Positions 39,901-54,900 of a DNA stretch of 64,000 bases are shown one piece after another. Positions within the stretch are counted from its first letter, which is position 1. Every line of letters begins with the position of its first letter. The notes beneath the pieces were generated by a model. The model made no database searches. It was not told the origin of the DNA and saw only the letters and a program-made list of their open reading frames with translations. The stretch lies in the NCBI GenBank assembly GCA_035221665.1, contig CM069158.1:33418001-33482000 (forward strand). The letters run 5' to 3'. This DNA comes from Okamejei kenojei. Its lineage: Eukaryota. A program made the position numbers and the translations under genes.

Positions 39901-42900
39901 CTTATGAAGTCAGTATTTTGGTTTGAAGCTTGCCCATCATGTTGTCTCATCTTGCACAGCATTCCTGTACTGTTTTATGCACTGCATGTTTAACTGATGT
40001 TAGCGTCATTATATAAATCCTGTCATATCTTGCTATCAATAATATAATACAGGAAAGCAAGGGTTTCTTCAGATATATAAATAGTACGAAAGAGGCAAGA
40101 GTGGATGTTGGACTGCTGGAAAATGATGCAGGAGAAGTGATAGTGAGGAATAAAGAAATGGCAGAGGAATTGAATAACTTTTCTGCATCGGTCTTCACAG
40201 TGGAAGACAGCAGCAACGTGCCTGAAATTCAAGAGACAGGGGGTGGAAGTTAGTGGAGTGGCTGTTACTAAGGAGAAGGTCCTTGGGAAACAAAGGTCTG
40301 AAGGTGGATGTCACCTGGACCGGATGGACTGCATCCCCAGGGTTCTAAAAGAGGTGGCTTTGGAGATTGTAGAGGCATTAGTAGTGATATTTCAAGGGTT
40401 GGAGTGGTTCCAGATGATTGGAAAATTGTGAATATTACCCCGCTGTACAAGAAGGGAGCAAAGTAGAAGAATGGAAACTATAGGCCGGTTAGTCTGATTT
40501 CGGTGGCTGGTAAAATTTTAGAGTCAATTATAAAGGATGAGGTTATGGAGTACTTAGAGGTTTATGATAAAATAGGCCAAAGTCAACCTTTTTTGGATTT
40601 TGTAAATATTTGCATGTCTGGCTTTGGTATGTATTGTATTTTCTTATAATAGTTTTTTCATTCTGAACCAATGCTTCCAGTTATCTGTTCACAACCATGC
40701 CATGTAGCGACATGTCCAATTAGCTGACTCTTTCCTATTGCAAATATCTTCCTTGCCCATCCATTTCATCCTCAATGTTTTTCACTTCCAACCCCCAGTG
40801 CAGCGAATTTTAAGATTATCACTGCAAGCTCTTCAAATTTTTTTGTCCACTTGTTTTGTTTTTGGAACTGCAGCTGCAGAGTTCAACATCAAATTAATAA
40901 TGAAAGGGATAAATTCTCTCCCCAAGCCAATCTCCCTTCCACTTATTTTGCTATTTCTACAATATGTTGAATCTATTCTTCAATAAGGCTCTCAATCTCC
41001 GATGGCTGGATGGCACTTCCAATAATTTCCCCCTCTCAGAAAATGTTTGTAGTTAACAGCACTGTAAGTCGCCCTCTCCAACTCATTAGTTATTATATCA
41101 ATCAAAGCCTCAAACCATTATCTTCAAACTGCTAGCATGATGTGGCTTTGGAAGCACTAAAGAGAACAACAGGAGAATTGTAAGAGTTACGATACTGAAT
41201 GTATCTGGGTGATGAGCACTGGACTTCTCGGTTGAAGTTTGTGAAATTTGATCAATTATGAGTTTTATTGTTGGCACAGCTAGATGTAAGAGTAATTGCC
41301 ATGCTCTTGCCTCCTGTAGGTGTTGCTGTGTGCTTCCAGTCTGACGGGCAGCATCGTAGAATGCTGGTCATTACGGAAGGAAGGGTTGCCAGTAAACAAT
41401 ATTTTCCAGCCAATTTCCCCCATGGGTGAGTATGGAGGTAGCTGCTCTCAGCGGGATTTGATAGTTATAAATTGCAGACAGCTCAGATTAAGGTTTAATT
41501 TTCAGTGCTCTCTGGATTATAATATTAAAGATATTCTCCATTTTTATATGATCTGAGATTGAAAAAAGATGGTGTTCTTGGGAATCTGGTATTGTTACAT
41601 AAATCACTGCAAGTTAATGCCTGCTTACGGATGTACAGGATTACAAAAAAAAACATTTTATTGTGTATGAATTTGTTCTACGAAGTGAATACATCGATGA
41701 TAACAATTATAGTTAAATATGAAATGTTATTTGTGATTGGCTGCAGAATTTTTTTTTTTCATTTAGTTTTCCCTTCCCTCAAGTGTGGTTTCTATTTACT
41801 TAGGTGATAAACAGCCAAGCATCCTGAAGTGGAGGATTCTAAGTGCAACCAATGACCTAGATCGTGTAACAGCTGTGGGTTTACCCAAACTTCCCATCTC
41901 TCTTACCAGTAGTGATCTAAAGGTGGCAACAGACACCAAATTCTTTCCAGGCATGGGTTAGTATTGTGCTTCATATGGAGTCCTCTTTGGGGGCAAAAAA
42001 GCATTACATGTGTATATCCTTGCTACTGTGATGTAAGGAACCATTAAAAACAAATCTCTCAACAATCCCTCTGTGATTCCCCCTTCCCTCCAACTCTACG
42101 ACGACTCCTCTCTCAACAATGCTCTGCATCGGGACATGTTTCCCAGAGAAAGTGGAAAAGCAGACTGATTGGAAAGTAACATCAATAAGATAAAATTGGG
42201 GAATGCACAATAAAGCCGATCCAGTCTTCAGCTCGTTACCTACTTTGTAAAATCACCAAAAATAGAATCAGTGAAAGATGTATTTATAAATCTTTATGGT
42301 TTGTTTGGGGATTTACTTTGTTGCTCCATGGTGTTTGCTCAAAGGACCTTGTAAATTGAAAAGACATTTAGATGATTTGGGTAAGATGGTTTCTCCTCAT
42401 TGCATCTAATCTGGGCATTCAAGGAGAGCAGGGCATTTGAGGTGATTCTAATTTGCTGATTTTATTCAGTAGGTGACTAGTTGATGGCTGGCTGTGCATG
42501 CTTTTCCATTCCCCTGTTTTATCTTATTGATATTACTTTCATTCGGTCTGACTTTCCACTCTCGGGGAAACATCTTGAAGCAGAGCACAGTTGAGAGAAT
42601 TTTTAAATAGTTTCTTCTATCGCAGTGGTGAGAATATACCCCTTCCATGTAGAAACAAGGAGCAGCAGATGCTGGTTTACACAGAATGAAGCAAAGTGAT
42701 GAAATAACTCAGTGGGTCAGGCAGCATCTCTGGAGAACATGGATATATAGAAGCGTCCTGACATGGAACATCACCTATCCATGTTCTCTGGAGATGATGA
42801 CTGACCTGCTGAGTTACACCAATACTTTGTGTCCTTATTTTATACCTTTCATTTTTTTCCCCTCCACTGTTAATGAGTTATCCTGTGCATTTGGTGTATA

Positions 42901-45900
42901 GGTTATTTTCAGAACCCTGTTCTTATTATTTAGCTCATGAATTTGAAGTGACTGTTTACACAGTCTATTGTCTTAAATGAGCATCTTGCCAAATAAGCTT
43001 GAATTGTTGTTGTGATCATTGGGTTGTGAGAATGCATTTGGGTTTGCTGTGGAGGATTGACTAAATTCTAGTTTTCCTTCCTATCTCTAGGCCTTGCATT
43101 AGCATTCCATGATGGAACTATTCACATTGTTCACAGGCTTTCACTACAAACATTGGGAGTTTTCTACAGCATTCCCTCCCAACGACCAGTAGACGACCAG
43201 TCTATTAAGCGACAGCGTACAACTGCGTCATCTGTGCACTTCAAAGCACTGCAGCTGTCCTTGACTTCATTGGCATTAGTTGGAATAGACAGCCAGGGAA
43301 AGGTAACAAATACAATAAAAAGAAACATTGTTAAAATATATTCAGTATTTAATAATACGTTTAAGAAGATTTGCCTTGTCCTTTCAGTTCCTTAACTTCA
43401 GTGATGCGGCCAAAATGCCAAAAATTAGAAATATTTTCCTTCCCATCCTTGTCATTTGTGGACTATTTACATGTTTATATTCCAACTTTCTCCTACAATT
43501 GAACAGATTTTCTTGTATCAAAAAGATTGAAAATAACGTTGAAGTTTGTTTTCTTCAGACTATTATAACTGGTCTAAATGTGTGCTGCTTGTCTCCTACA
43601 CTGTTCCCCAACTCTCTCCCCCCCCCCCCCCTTTAAAGGTAGTGGTATAGGAAAATATGCTTTATAACAAACTTGGGGACATGAATATGGAGACAATTAT
43701 GCAGTAGTTAAATTACTGGAAGAGCAGCCAGAGTTTTGACTAGTTTGTCCAGAGGCACGAGGTCAATTCATCCATGGCTGCCGGAGAATTTAACTTCAAT
43801 CCGAAATTAAAAGTTAATTTCAGCAATAGTGCAATTCAACTTGTATGTGACTCCTGACTCAAGAATGTGATTGATTATTAAGTGTCTCTCAGTTCACAAA
43901 TAATCAGGGATGGCTGATAAATGTTGGAATTTCCAGCATCATCCAAATCCTTTAATTGAATTTATAATAATCACAAATGTATTTGTTCCTTTTAGGATCT
44001 TGTTGCAATTTGAATATTTAATTTGCATCTATACAATCATAGCAATGTCAATCAACATAGTGGTAATTTTGCCTTAAATGTGCAAGTGCCATTTAATTTC
44101 TAACTGAAATAGTATTTTTTTTTAAAGTGCAATGTTACTTACATTCTTAGTGAAAAGTTGACATTATTTTGTTCCCTCCTAGCTGAGCATGCTAAGGATC
44201 TCGCCTTCAATGGGTCACACGTTAGACATAAACACATCACTGCGTCATCTCCTTTTCCTATTGGAGTACTGTATGGTGACGGGTTTCGACTGGTGGGACA
44301 TCCTTTTGCATGTACAACCTAACATGGTGCAGAACCTAGTGGAGAAACTACACGAGGAATATACACGCCAGGCACAGGCTTTGCAACAGGTAAAGGTTCA
44401 CTGGGGTGGCAGGGTGTGCATTTTATGCTTGATAATGTTCACTTGTTTTTGTAATGTTCACTTGCTGCTCTTTTTCAGTTGTTAGTTCTGAATGCAAGAC
44501 AAAAAGCTTGCATGACTCAACTCACAAAATGGAAATTTTAACCTGGAGTACGGTGACATGGTGGAGTTTAGAATCTTTCTGACAGAACTGTCAGTCGCAT
44601 TTACAACAGTGGCCTTTGACATTTGCACACATTGCATTGGTTCTAATTCATCTAGTGGCACTGATTAAATGTCCAGCTATTGAGAAACAGTAGAATCTTA
44701 CCATAACATGAAAAGAAGACGATTATTCAGTTTCTCCCAGGTTCTTGTTTTATTTTACCTTAGTTAGACATTTTTACAGCCCTATCCAATAATGTCAACA
44801 TGATAAAAAACATTCTCATTTTAGCAATATGTGACTATTAAGTGCATATACAAGGAAAATATGAAGGAGTTTAATTGACGCTGACCAATGGAAAGCTGAG
44901 CTAAAATCTTTTTCAGGAATTGACTCCAGCAGCTTGAAGAGACAGGAGCTCAGAAGAGCATTAAGTTTTGAACTATCTATTTATGACACAGACATTGCAA
45001 CCATCGATAAAACAATGCAAATGATGGACTGGATTATTTAGCCGCAAGAGACACTGCAGACCAAAGCACAGGTGGCTTGCAATATCCACAATCTCCCATA
45101 GACCTTGTGCGTGCAAGACAAATTAAAAAAAAAAAAAAAAAGTGGTGGTGAGCTGCTGCCTTGAACGGCTGTGAACTGCAGTGAAACTGTTCCCACATTT
45201 AGGAAGGGATTCAAGGATTCTGACCTGAATGATGAAGGATAATGGAGGTGCAATGTACTTCCAAGTTAACTGATGTGTGACTTGGAAATAAATTTTTTCG
45301 GGGGAGATGTTCCCATCTGCATTTCCTAGGTGGTAGAAACAACAGTTTAAGCTAGTACTAATGACGAATCATTGGTATTTTGTGGATGTTGCATATTGCA
45401 GCTGGTTTAATTATAGCATTCCCACACATTAATTCCTAGTTCAGAGATCTTCAAGATGTTTCTATCTACTATTGAAGAATTGCTCCATTCTGGAGGTGCT
45501 ATATTTTAGATGAGTGGTTAAATATAGCTACTTGGTGCCTCTTTGGATAGATGTAAAATATCCCCAAGGCGCTACTCAACGAAGACAGGGGAGTTCTACC
45601 ACTATCCTATCCAGCACATATTCCTTGGTCAACATCCCAAACAGATTGTCTGGTCATTTATCTCATGGTGTTTGTCAGAATGCTTTGAGCAAATTGGCTA
45701 TATCTGCATTACAACATTTTTTAAAGCTATATTTTTGCACCTAAGCATCCTAAGGTTGTGAAAGGCACCAAATGAACATATATTTTCCAACCATCATTTG
45801 TAGTTGCTTCCAGTTTGTTTTCATGGCTTTAGTTGAGAAATGAATGACTGCAATTCTTTATGTCGGGATGCAGCTCAGTGGAAGAGCACAGGCTTTGCAT

Positions 45901-48900
45901 ATATGAGACCCTGGGTTCAATCCCCGGCATCTCCACACTGATGATGATCATTTTAAACTGTGGATGGCTTGATTGTAATCGTGTATAGACTTTGACTGGA
46001 TAGCAGGCAACAAAAGCTTGTCACGGTACACCTGACAATCGTAAACTAAACACAAAAAAATTGCTAAATGCTTCTTGACATGTCAAGTGGTGTTGAACAA
46101 AGTATCTTATATGATCTGGCATCTTGCCTGCTAAAGATACTTGTCATTCAACTTCTTGTGAATGATAACATGGGAGAGTTATGGTTTTGTTCAATTTATA
46201 GTTCCCTCAGAACTATTCTTTGTGGGCATGCATTTAAATTGCTTCCTCCCTTTCCCTTTATTAAGGTTCTGTCCACCCGAATAGTCGCCATGAAAGCATC
46301 TTTATGTAAGCTGTCAACAAATACGCTGGCAAGAGCCTGTGATTTCCATGCAAAGCTTCTGCTGATTGCAATAGGTTCCACACTTAAATCACTTCTTCGA
46401 CCACATTTGTTGAACACACCGGATAAAAGCCCTGGAGAGCGACTGACTGAGATCTGCTGTAAAAACACAGACACTGGTGCGTATCCTATTTTGCACGTGG
46501 ACCAAATGTAAATGCTTGAGTTGGCTGAATAACGCCTTCAGATTCTTCAAGTCGAGTGTTGTGAAAATTTCAGTAAGCTACAGATTGCTTAGTTGAAGGA
46601 ATTGAGTTTTCCTTTCATTATTCCAACTGTATATTTTGTGTTGGTTATGATACTCCATCTACACTTCAGGCTGCCAATGCAAGGCCACCAGCATATTCAA
46701 GGATCAGTCTCACCACGGTCACTCCCTCTTCTTCACCTCTCCCATCAGACAAGACATACAGGTTTGAAAACGCATACCTCCAGATTAGGGGACAGTTTCT
46801 TCCCAGTTGTTATCAGGCAATAGAACCATCCTATTACCAACTGGAGTCCTAACCCCCCCCCCCCCCCCCCCCACCCCCAAAAAGTACTTAATCGAGACCT
46901 TTGCACTATCTTTAATAATCAGACTTCATCGGACTTTATACTAAATGTTGTACCCTTTATTCTTTATCTGTCCACTGTGGATGGCTTGATTGTAATCATA
47001 TATAATCTTTTCTTTGACAGAATAGCATGTAACAAAAAGCTTTTCACTCTAACTCTGTACACGTGACAATAATATAATAAACTAAACTAACATTCAACTG
47101 GTAGAGCTCCCTTGCCTTTATTGAGTAGTGTTGTGGGGATCATTTGCATCTATCCCAAGATGCACTAAGGAGCTATGTTTAAATTCATATATAATAGGAG
47201 CAGCATTAGACCATTCGGCCCAACAAGTCTACTGTGCCATTCAATCATGGCTGATCTATCTTCGCTACTTAACCCCAGTCTTCTGCCTTCTTCCCATAAC
47301 CCCTGACACCCCCTCATCCAAAATATAGCATCTCCAAGAGGGCAACAGTTCCTTAATTTTGTACACAGAAACACCTTGTAAATCTCTGCCATATTATTTC
47401 TCAAGTGCGTTTTTATTTTTAAATTTACTTGGACATTCCTTTATGCTTGTCCTTTCGTAATTTGGTGACCCGAGAAAAAGATTTTTGACAGAACATAATG
47501 CATTTAACAAATGTTATTTTTATTTAGTTATTGCTATTAATTTAGTATTTCAGTGGTTAGCTAAGTGTCCAGTTGATTAAAGATCTCATTTATACTTTCA
47601 GATATTGATAAAGTTATGATAAATTTAAAAACAGAAGAGTTTGTTCTGGATGCCTGGGTGTTGCAGTCCCTGCAGCAGCTCATTCAGTGGGTTGGAGACT
47701 TTGTACTGTATCTGCTGGCTAGTCTGCCCAACCAGGTGAGTTTACAGTCACACTTACTGTGAAAAGCTTTTGTTGCGTGCTCACCAGTCAGTGGAAAGAC
47801 TCCATGATTACAATCGTGCCATCAACAATGTGCAGATACATTATATAGGGAATAACGTTTAGTGAAGTAAAGTCCGATTAAAGATGGTCCGAGGGCCTCC
47901 AGTGAGGTAGATAGTAGCTCAGGACCACACTCTAGTTGTTGTTAGGATGGTTCAGTTGCCTGATAACAGCTGGGAAGAAATGTCCTGAATCTGGAGGTAT
48001 GCGTTTTCACATTTCTTATCTCTTGCCTGATGGGAGAGGGGGGAAGAGGGAAGTCTAATTCTAAATAGAAGCATGATTACCGTTTATTTTTACCATGTGG
48101 ATAGTGTAGATGTAGGAAAAAAGACAGGATTTTCTATAAACCTTTTAGAAATCATCCTCTGTAAAGAATGAATTACAAGGCTTTTAAAGTAGGCAACCTA
48201 TTTCAGTGCATCAGCAATAATCTTGCAGAGTAATTTCAGTTTATTTTATGAGATGCTCAGTCTGTCATGTATCTATTTTCACAGAATGAGATATTTATGT
48301 TTTAAATCTTTGTATCTCAGTTTGCCACTGTTGTCAACTAGAAAATGGCCTTGTATGTGGTGTAAAGATCTGTTTGTCAGAAACTCAACACAACCTCCAC
48401 AACGCATTCTGAAGAAGGATCCCAACCCAAATTGTCACCAATCCTTGTTCCCCAGAGATGCTGTCTGACTCGCTGAATTACTCCAGCACTCTGTCCTTTT
48501 TCTCCACAAACCAAGTATGGGAATTACAATGGTGTATCACCCTCTAAGAAATAAGTTCCTTGTCATCTGTGTCTTAACTGGATAATTCCTTATTCTGAAA
48601 CTCAGTTCCCTGGTTCTAGGTTCTCCTATGAATGGAAACATTTTCTCATCATTTACCCAGTTTGGACACCTCAAATTCTTTTCATTCACTAATTTCCTCT
48701 GTTCAAAATGAATGTAGAATTTCAGGCTCTTTAGACAATCACTTAATCTGAGGAATCAGAGTAAACCCTTAATTGCCTCCAATGCAATTAATGGGGCAAA
48801 GATGATGGACATTGTACGTAATCATACTCATTCTCTCATGCAGTAACAGTCAACATTACATTTACTTTGCTAATTACCTGCTCTACCTGTAGGCCATCTT

Positions 48901-51900
48901 GAATCATGTTCGAGAACCATCAACCTAACAGTAGGTTCCATTTTCGATTTTTCCTGCTAAACGTGGATAACCTTGCATTTTCTCACATTATACTCCATTT
49001 TGCTGTTTTTGCCCACTCATTTTAACCAAATGAAAACAATGTTTAAAAACTTGGCAAATGAAGCAGCATCTATGGAAAGAGATGCAAGTTAATTTTTCAG
49101 AACTGGGAAAAAATAAAGTGAGAGTTTTAAATTGCAGCCAGAGTGGGGGAGGAATGAATAGAAAAAAGCAAATATGTCTGGCAGGGTGAGACCAGGGGCG
49201 TAGCTATTGGTAAAGCGGTATCATTGAAAGGTTAATAAAGGAATTTGGAGGGAACACAAAGGAATATGTAAAAGCTGTGAAATGTAATGCTGCAGAAATT
49301 GCAAGGGGTAAGAGAATGAGTCAATACTTACTGGTGAATGACCTACAGTAGAACTGGCTAATTCAGATACTGACACTCGAAGCATGTTACCTGAATTCAT
49401 TGATTTCTACTTTGAGTCCAAAAGGCATCTAATGTAAGATGAGGTGCTATACTGCGAGTGTGTGTTATGCTGATGCAGTATCCACTGACAGGTAGGAGTG
49501 GAATGGTGAACTATCAATTGAAAATTCAAGATCACCCCTGCAGTCATTCAGTTTCTCGAATGTACAGGTGAATATATTTATAAACATTGAATGCTTTACA
49601 CTAGATTGGAAGAATTATTTTACCTAAAAGAACAGTTTGAGACTGGAATGAGAAGAGATAGAAGGGCAGATGTTGCTTCTCCAATGGTTGCAGTGTGTTA
49701 TTTTGTTGACAAAAATCTGCTGGTACATATAACAATTCACGCAACACTCTGGCTGCTTTTTATCAATTTAGTGTTTAACGCTTTAATGGTGCCAGTATGT
49801 ATTACCAGCACGTACCACCATGAAAAGCACTGGTTGTATGGAGCAGTGTTTTAAGAAGGAAAGTGGTTATTGCTGCTGGAATTGGTGATTTCAAAATCAC
49901 AATGGAATGGTTTCTGCAATAGTCGAAACAGAAGCGGTAGAATCTTACTGAAGATGGCAACAAATGCAAACTCTGTGCCCACCTCCCCATCCTTCTGCCT
50001 ATCTTAGTATTGTTAACCAACTTGGCTGTAATATATTAGGTTGCTTGAATTACGTCATTGAGAAACCCTATTAGTTGCCAATGTGAAAAGAACCCAAATA
50101 ATATCAAACTAGTCTAATTGGAAAAGAGAGATACTTGGATCATCAAGGCAGCACACATATTTACAGTATCAACAGTAGCTAACAATGTACTTTGGACTAA
50201 TTTATTTTCCCTTTGCAGCTTCACTTTTAAATATAATTCAGTGGATTTGTTCTGCTGATGGTTAATCTTTCCTTACAGGGTTCTCCTGTTCGTCCAGGAT
50301 TTAGTTTTCTCAGAGATGGAACCTCGCTTGGCATGCTCAGAGAACTAATGGTGGTGATACGAATTTGGGGTCTTCTTAAACCTGGTTGTTTGCCAATATA
50401 CACTGCTACATCAGACACCCAGGATAGCATGTCCCTGCTTTTCCGACTACTCACCAAACTCTGGCTCTGCTGTAAGTTCAAATCACATACCTTCATTCTG
50501 AAGTGAAAAATTTGTTTTGTTTCTTTAAGTATATAAATTAAAAAATAGACATCATAAATATGGCATCAGGTTCAAGGATGATGTGCTCTTACCAAATCCC
50601 TATGCACTCCCCATATATCTTGATTCTCTAGTCTCCCTGCCTTCAGTTTACGCAGTAACTGCATACAAAGCCCTTGTGGGAGAGAATTCTAAAGACGGAC
50701 AATCCCTGTTTGATGGAGTGGGATGTACAAAATTATTACAAGACATAGTAGATGTGAGGTAGACACAAAATACTGGAGTAACTCAGAGGGTCAGGCAGCA
50801 TCTCTGGAGAGAAGGAATAGGTAACATTTCAGGTCGCGACCCATCTTCAGTCTCAACCCAAAACGTCACCCATTCCTCCCACATCCCAAAGATATATTGG
50901 TGTTAGGTTGATCGCCTGTTGTAAATTGCCTCCAGTTTAGGTGGGTGCGTCAGGGAGTATTCATGGGTGTATGCAGGGAACAAATAGGTTAGAGGGTAAT
51001 AAAAGGGGGAAGGGTGTAGGGAAGGGGATGACCGAGAGCTGGCGTTGATTTAATGGATTGAGTGGACTATGTTGTAAGGAAGTACAAAGCTAAGTGGCAG
51101 TGAGAAATATGAGAATGATGCAGACAGGTTTCAGAGGAAGATAGACAGTTAAAGTAAATGTGCAATGATATGCAAATGGAATTTATATGTGGAAATGCGA
51201 TCATCCACTTTCAGAGGTAGAATATTTTTTAAATGGTAAGAAATTGAAAGTTATTGGTGTTTAAAAAAATAATATAATAAATATGGGTGTCCTCTTTATA
51301 AATTACTGAAGCTTAATGAGCAGATTCAGCAAGCGTAAGAGAAGGCAAATTGTGGCCTTTTGGCCTTTATTACAAGAGGGTTGAATACGAGAATTATGGC
51401 AATTTGTTCCAATTATAACTTTTCAGTTGCAATATATATGTAGTAGATTTCTTTATTACCAGAATATATCAGTACAGTATGTTCTAGCTGAATAGGCAAA
51501 TCAAAAAACTTTTAAAGTTACAAATATAATTTGAATGCTCACACACTTCTCGGCCAAAAAGAAACCCTGAGTTTGTATTTCCTCAAGCGGGTATTAATTT
51601 ACACAGCTCTCTTGAATTCATTCAGACTGTAATTGAGCACTGAAATGCAATCTGATCACTTGCGAATGAGGTGATACATTTGTCTGAGGGCTTGTAATAA
51701 CTTTTCCTATTGAATATTTATTGTCGCATATGCTCACTGGCTAATTCTTGAATGGTTCTTAAGTTGGAGCAAATTTAGAGTGATTTGGAATTATACTCTG
51801 CAGCGTCCTCTGGCCATAATTTCTATTTAGCCTAGGTTGATTATAAGAGTGATATTTGATCTGACTGATCTGTATGAATGCTACCAATGAATATGGAGGC

Positions 51901-54900
51901 ACAGGACACACCACAGCAGAAACCTGAGAAAGACACTAAATGCTGGAGCAACTCGGTAGGACAGGCAGCATCTCTGGAGAAGAAACCAAATTGAATAGCA
52001 GTAACCTAATTGGTATGAGTGTGGGAAACATTTGCAATGCAATAATTGATGGTTTTCAGAAAATGATGTCATATTGGCATAGAGTATGGAATGTAATGCA
52101 TGAATGTACATGAATATGAAAAATGAAGCATTTTATTGATTTTTTTTTAATGGGGTGTGTTGTTGACAATTGGGATTGTCCATCCCACGTTGGCTCTTAG
52201 GAAATTAGCGGCAAATCACTCCTGGGACTGCCACATTCTCAGCAACGTATATGTTTTCGGCAATGATCCATGTTTTTGACAATTTGTTTGCTACTTTTCC
52301 TTTGCACTAGTGAGAAGAAAATATTTCCTGGTGTGTTATCTTCCAAGCAGCTGATTTCATACATGATTAGACTAAATACAAACATTTTATGACTGCTGAT
52401 CGACTAAGGATGGTTGTCTGCAAAAGTCACATTATTGGGAGAGAGTTGAAAACATAATGCGAAGATGTACCTGCTGCTTCATATTTCATACTTGATTCCA
52501 TTGAACCTTTTGTGATTTTTGCAATATCATCTTGCTTATGGCGTGCACAGCCTGAAGTTGCAGACACCAAAACACTACATCTATTTGTTTATGCACGTCG
52601 GGTTGATTGCATTACTCGAAACAGGGTGGACCAACCGAAGCTTGCAATCTTCCACCCGTATCATGCAATGATTTCCACTGATAGGATCTGCATGGATAAT
52701 CACAAACAAATTAAAATGTTTCTTCTCCATTTCTAATGTTTTTCATCTCAATTGTGACATTCATATTAAAGGTTTGTTTTGCACGTGCAGAGAACTTGTG
52801 GGGTCAATAAGTTGATATAAATGTGTTCTTTTTATAAATGTTAACATATCTCATCGACCATTTTTTCCAGGTAGAGATGAGAACCATATGTCTGAACCCG
52901 ATGACAATCTGATCGATGAATGTTGTCTGCTTCCCAGCCAGCTGCTGGTTCCCAGCATGGACTGGCTGCCAGTGAATGATGGAATTATTAGCAAGTTACA
53001 GAGCAAACAGCCACTAAAGCTGCAGTTTGGAAAACCAGTCAGCGTGCCTAGCCACTTTGCAACCACACAACTGGATATCTTTGCAAGGTAATTGGAATTT
53101 CTTATTTACAAAGAGAATCCTACCCCGTTCTGCCTATGTTGACTGATGCATTATCATCACAAATACCCAAGAGCGGAACTCGCTATTAAAACATGGAGGG
53201 GACGGGGGACACCACGGAGGCTCAATCCAGTGCTAAATGCAGCTCAACTCTGCCTGTCTCACTGGGTTAACTACAGCCCTGTCTGGACAGACGGGATACC
53301 AGCGCTGCTTCTCCGCGCTGGCCATATTTCCCGCAAGCCCAGGAAGGTTCACTTAGCGGGACAGGCATAGTGAGCTGGGTTTAGCGCTGGCTGTGGGCCT
53401 GGGGGCGCCGCACCCGTCTGACCGCCGACCTCTGTGGCCACCCGTGGGGGGAGGGGGGCACTTGGGTGGGGACGGGACAGCGCCGGAGACCCGGCCGGGA
53501 TCGATCCTGGCTGCGGATGAGGCGCAGGTCTGCTCCAATCACCGCGCTCTCTCCTCAGTCCCCCCCACTCCTCCCTCCTCCAATCACCGCGCTCTATCCT
53601 CAGTCCCCCCCACTCCTCCCTCCTCCAATCACCGCACTCTCTCTCCTCGGTCCCCCCCACTCCTCCCTCCTCCAATCACCGCGCGGAATCATCATGTCCC
53701 GCCCCCATTGCCTGCTGACTGACGACTCTCGTCCAATCAGCGCCCTCAATCAACGGTCCCACCTCCACTGTCTGCGGAAAGCGGAGATTTTAAATTCCGG
53801 ATCACAAAAATTTGGGGGGGGAGGGAGATGTCCCCCACCTCTCAAAACATGGGGGGGACGTGTCCCCGCTTGCCCCCCCCAGATTTTCCGCCCTTGAAAA
53901 TACCCATTGTTAATTAATCAATATTGATTATATCATTAAAAATTAGCCAATGGTGTTAGTTTTGTGATGACTTTGGATGTAAATAGGCCTTGGGTTATGT
54001 TAGTTACTGTTAATAGTGACTTCCATAGTTTTTGGAACAAGTTTAAATAATCTCCATTGTCTGGGAAAGAAGAGGCAACAGGTAGCATTGATGTACGTTG
54101 CAGATTTTTGCATTGTAAACATTGCTCTCTACCCCAGTTGAGATCTGTTCATTAAGGTCTGGGAAGAGGAATCACATAGGTTTGATTTCCATTCGTCTGT
54201 TCCACAATATGACATTATCTTAGTCTTCCCTATCCACAACTACTCCTTCATAATCTCGTGGAGAAGTGGGTAAGAGGAGTAGCTATGGGGGAAGTGCTGC
54301 CTGCAAGGTCCCGTAACTGAGTATTTCTAACCCTAAAAATCTGATTGATGTATATCTTTGCAGATGTGCAACCACCTTGGGTAAACATTGTACTAATGCA
54401 ATCAGAATCGCTTTCACTTGTCAGCCTTAGCCAACACATTGAAGCAGGAATACATTTCCTTCGTCCAATTGAATTATGAAGTATGATTTAAAAAGTGGGG
54501 ATAGGATAGGTAGACTTACACCATCAATGTTCTACTTCATGTGAATGCAATTACTACACTATAATTTTACCTGATGTTCAGGTCACCTGGGTATCAGAAG
54601 ATGGACAATTTAAGACGACTTAATTTAGGAGTGTGCCCAACAGAAGAAACCAAATCCTGCACTAGGTAAGCAAATATAAAGACAAGAATCTTATTTGTGG
54701 AAGAGTTCAACTTGATTAGTGACAAATTGCAGATATCAATTTAGCTAAACACCATTGAAATATGTACAATAGAGCTTGGTTATGAGACGCAATCCCTACT
54801 GGATCAGTTCAAATCAGGTGCGGGTTCTGATAAAACATGTGGGTTCTGTTGTGCCAACCAGCCTAAGCAGTTATCCAGGTCTGAGTGATTGCATTCTATC

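Noticed and set aside
46477-46492. GTATCCT near the MED16 exon 9 donor suggesting a U12 intron
   Set aside because: The frame-preserving donor is the GT at 46477; the motif is 4 nt downstream and deviates from GTATCCTTT.
53349-53897. Overlapping Pro/Gly-rich ORFs of 60-143 aa
   Set aside because: Artefacts of a GC-rich MITE and its minisatellite.
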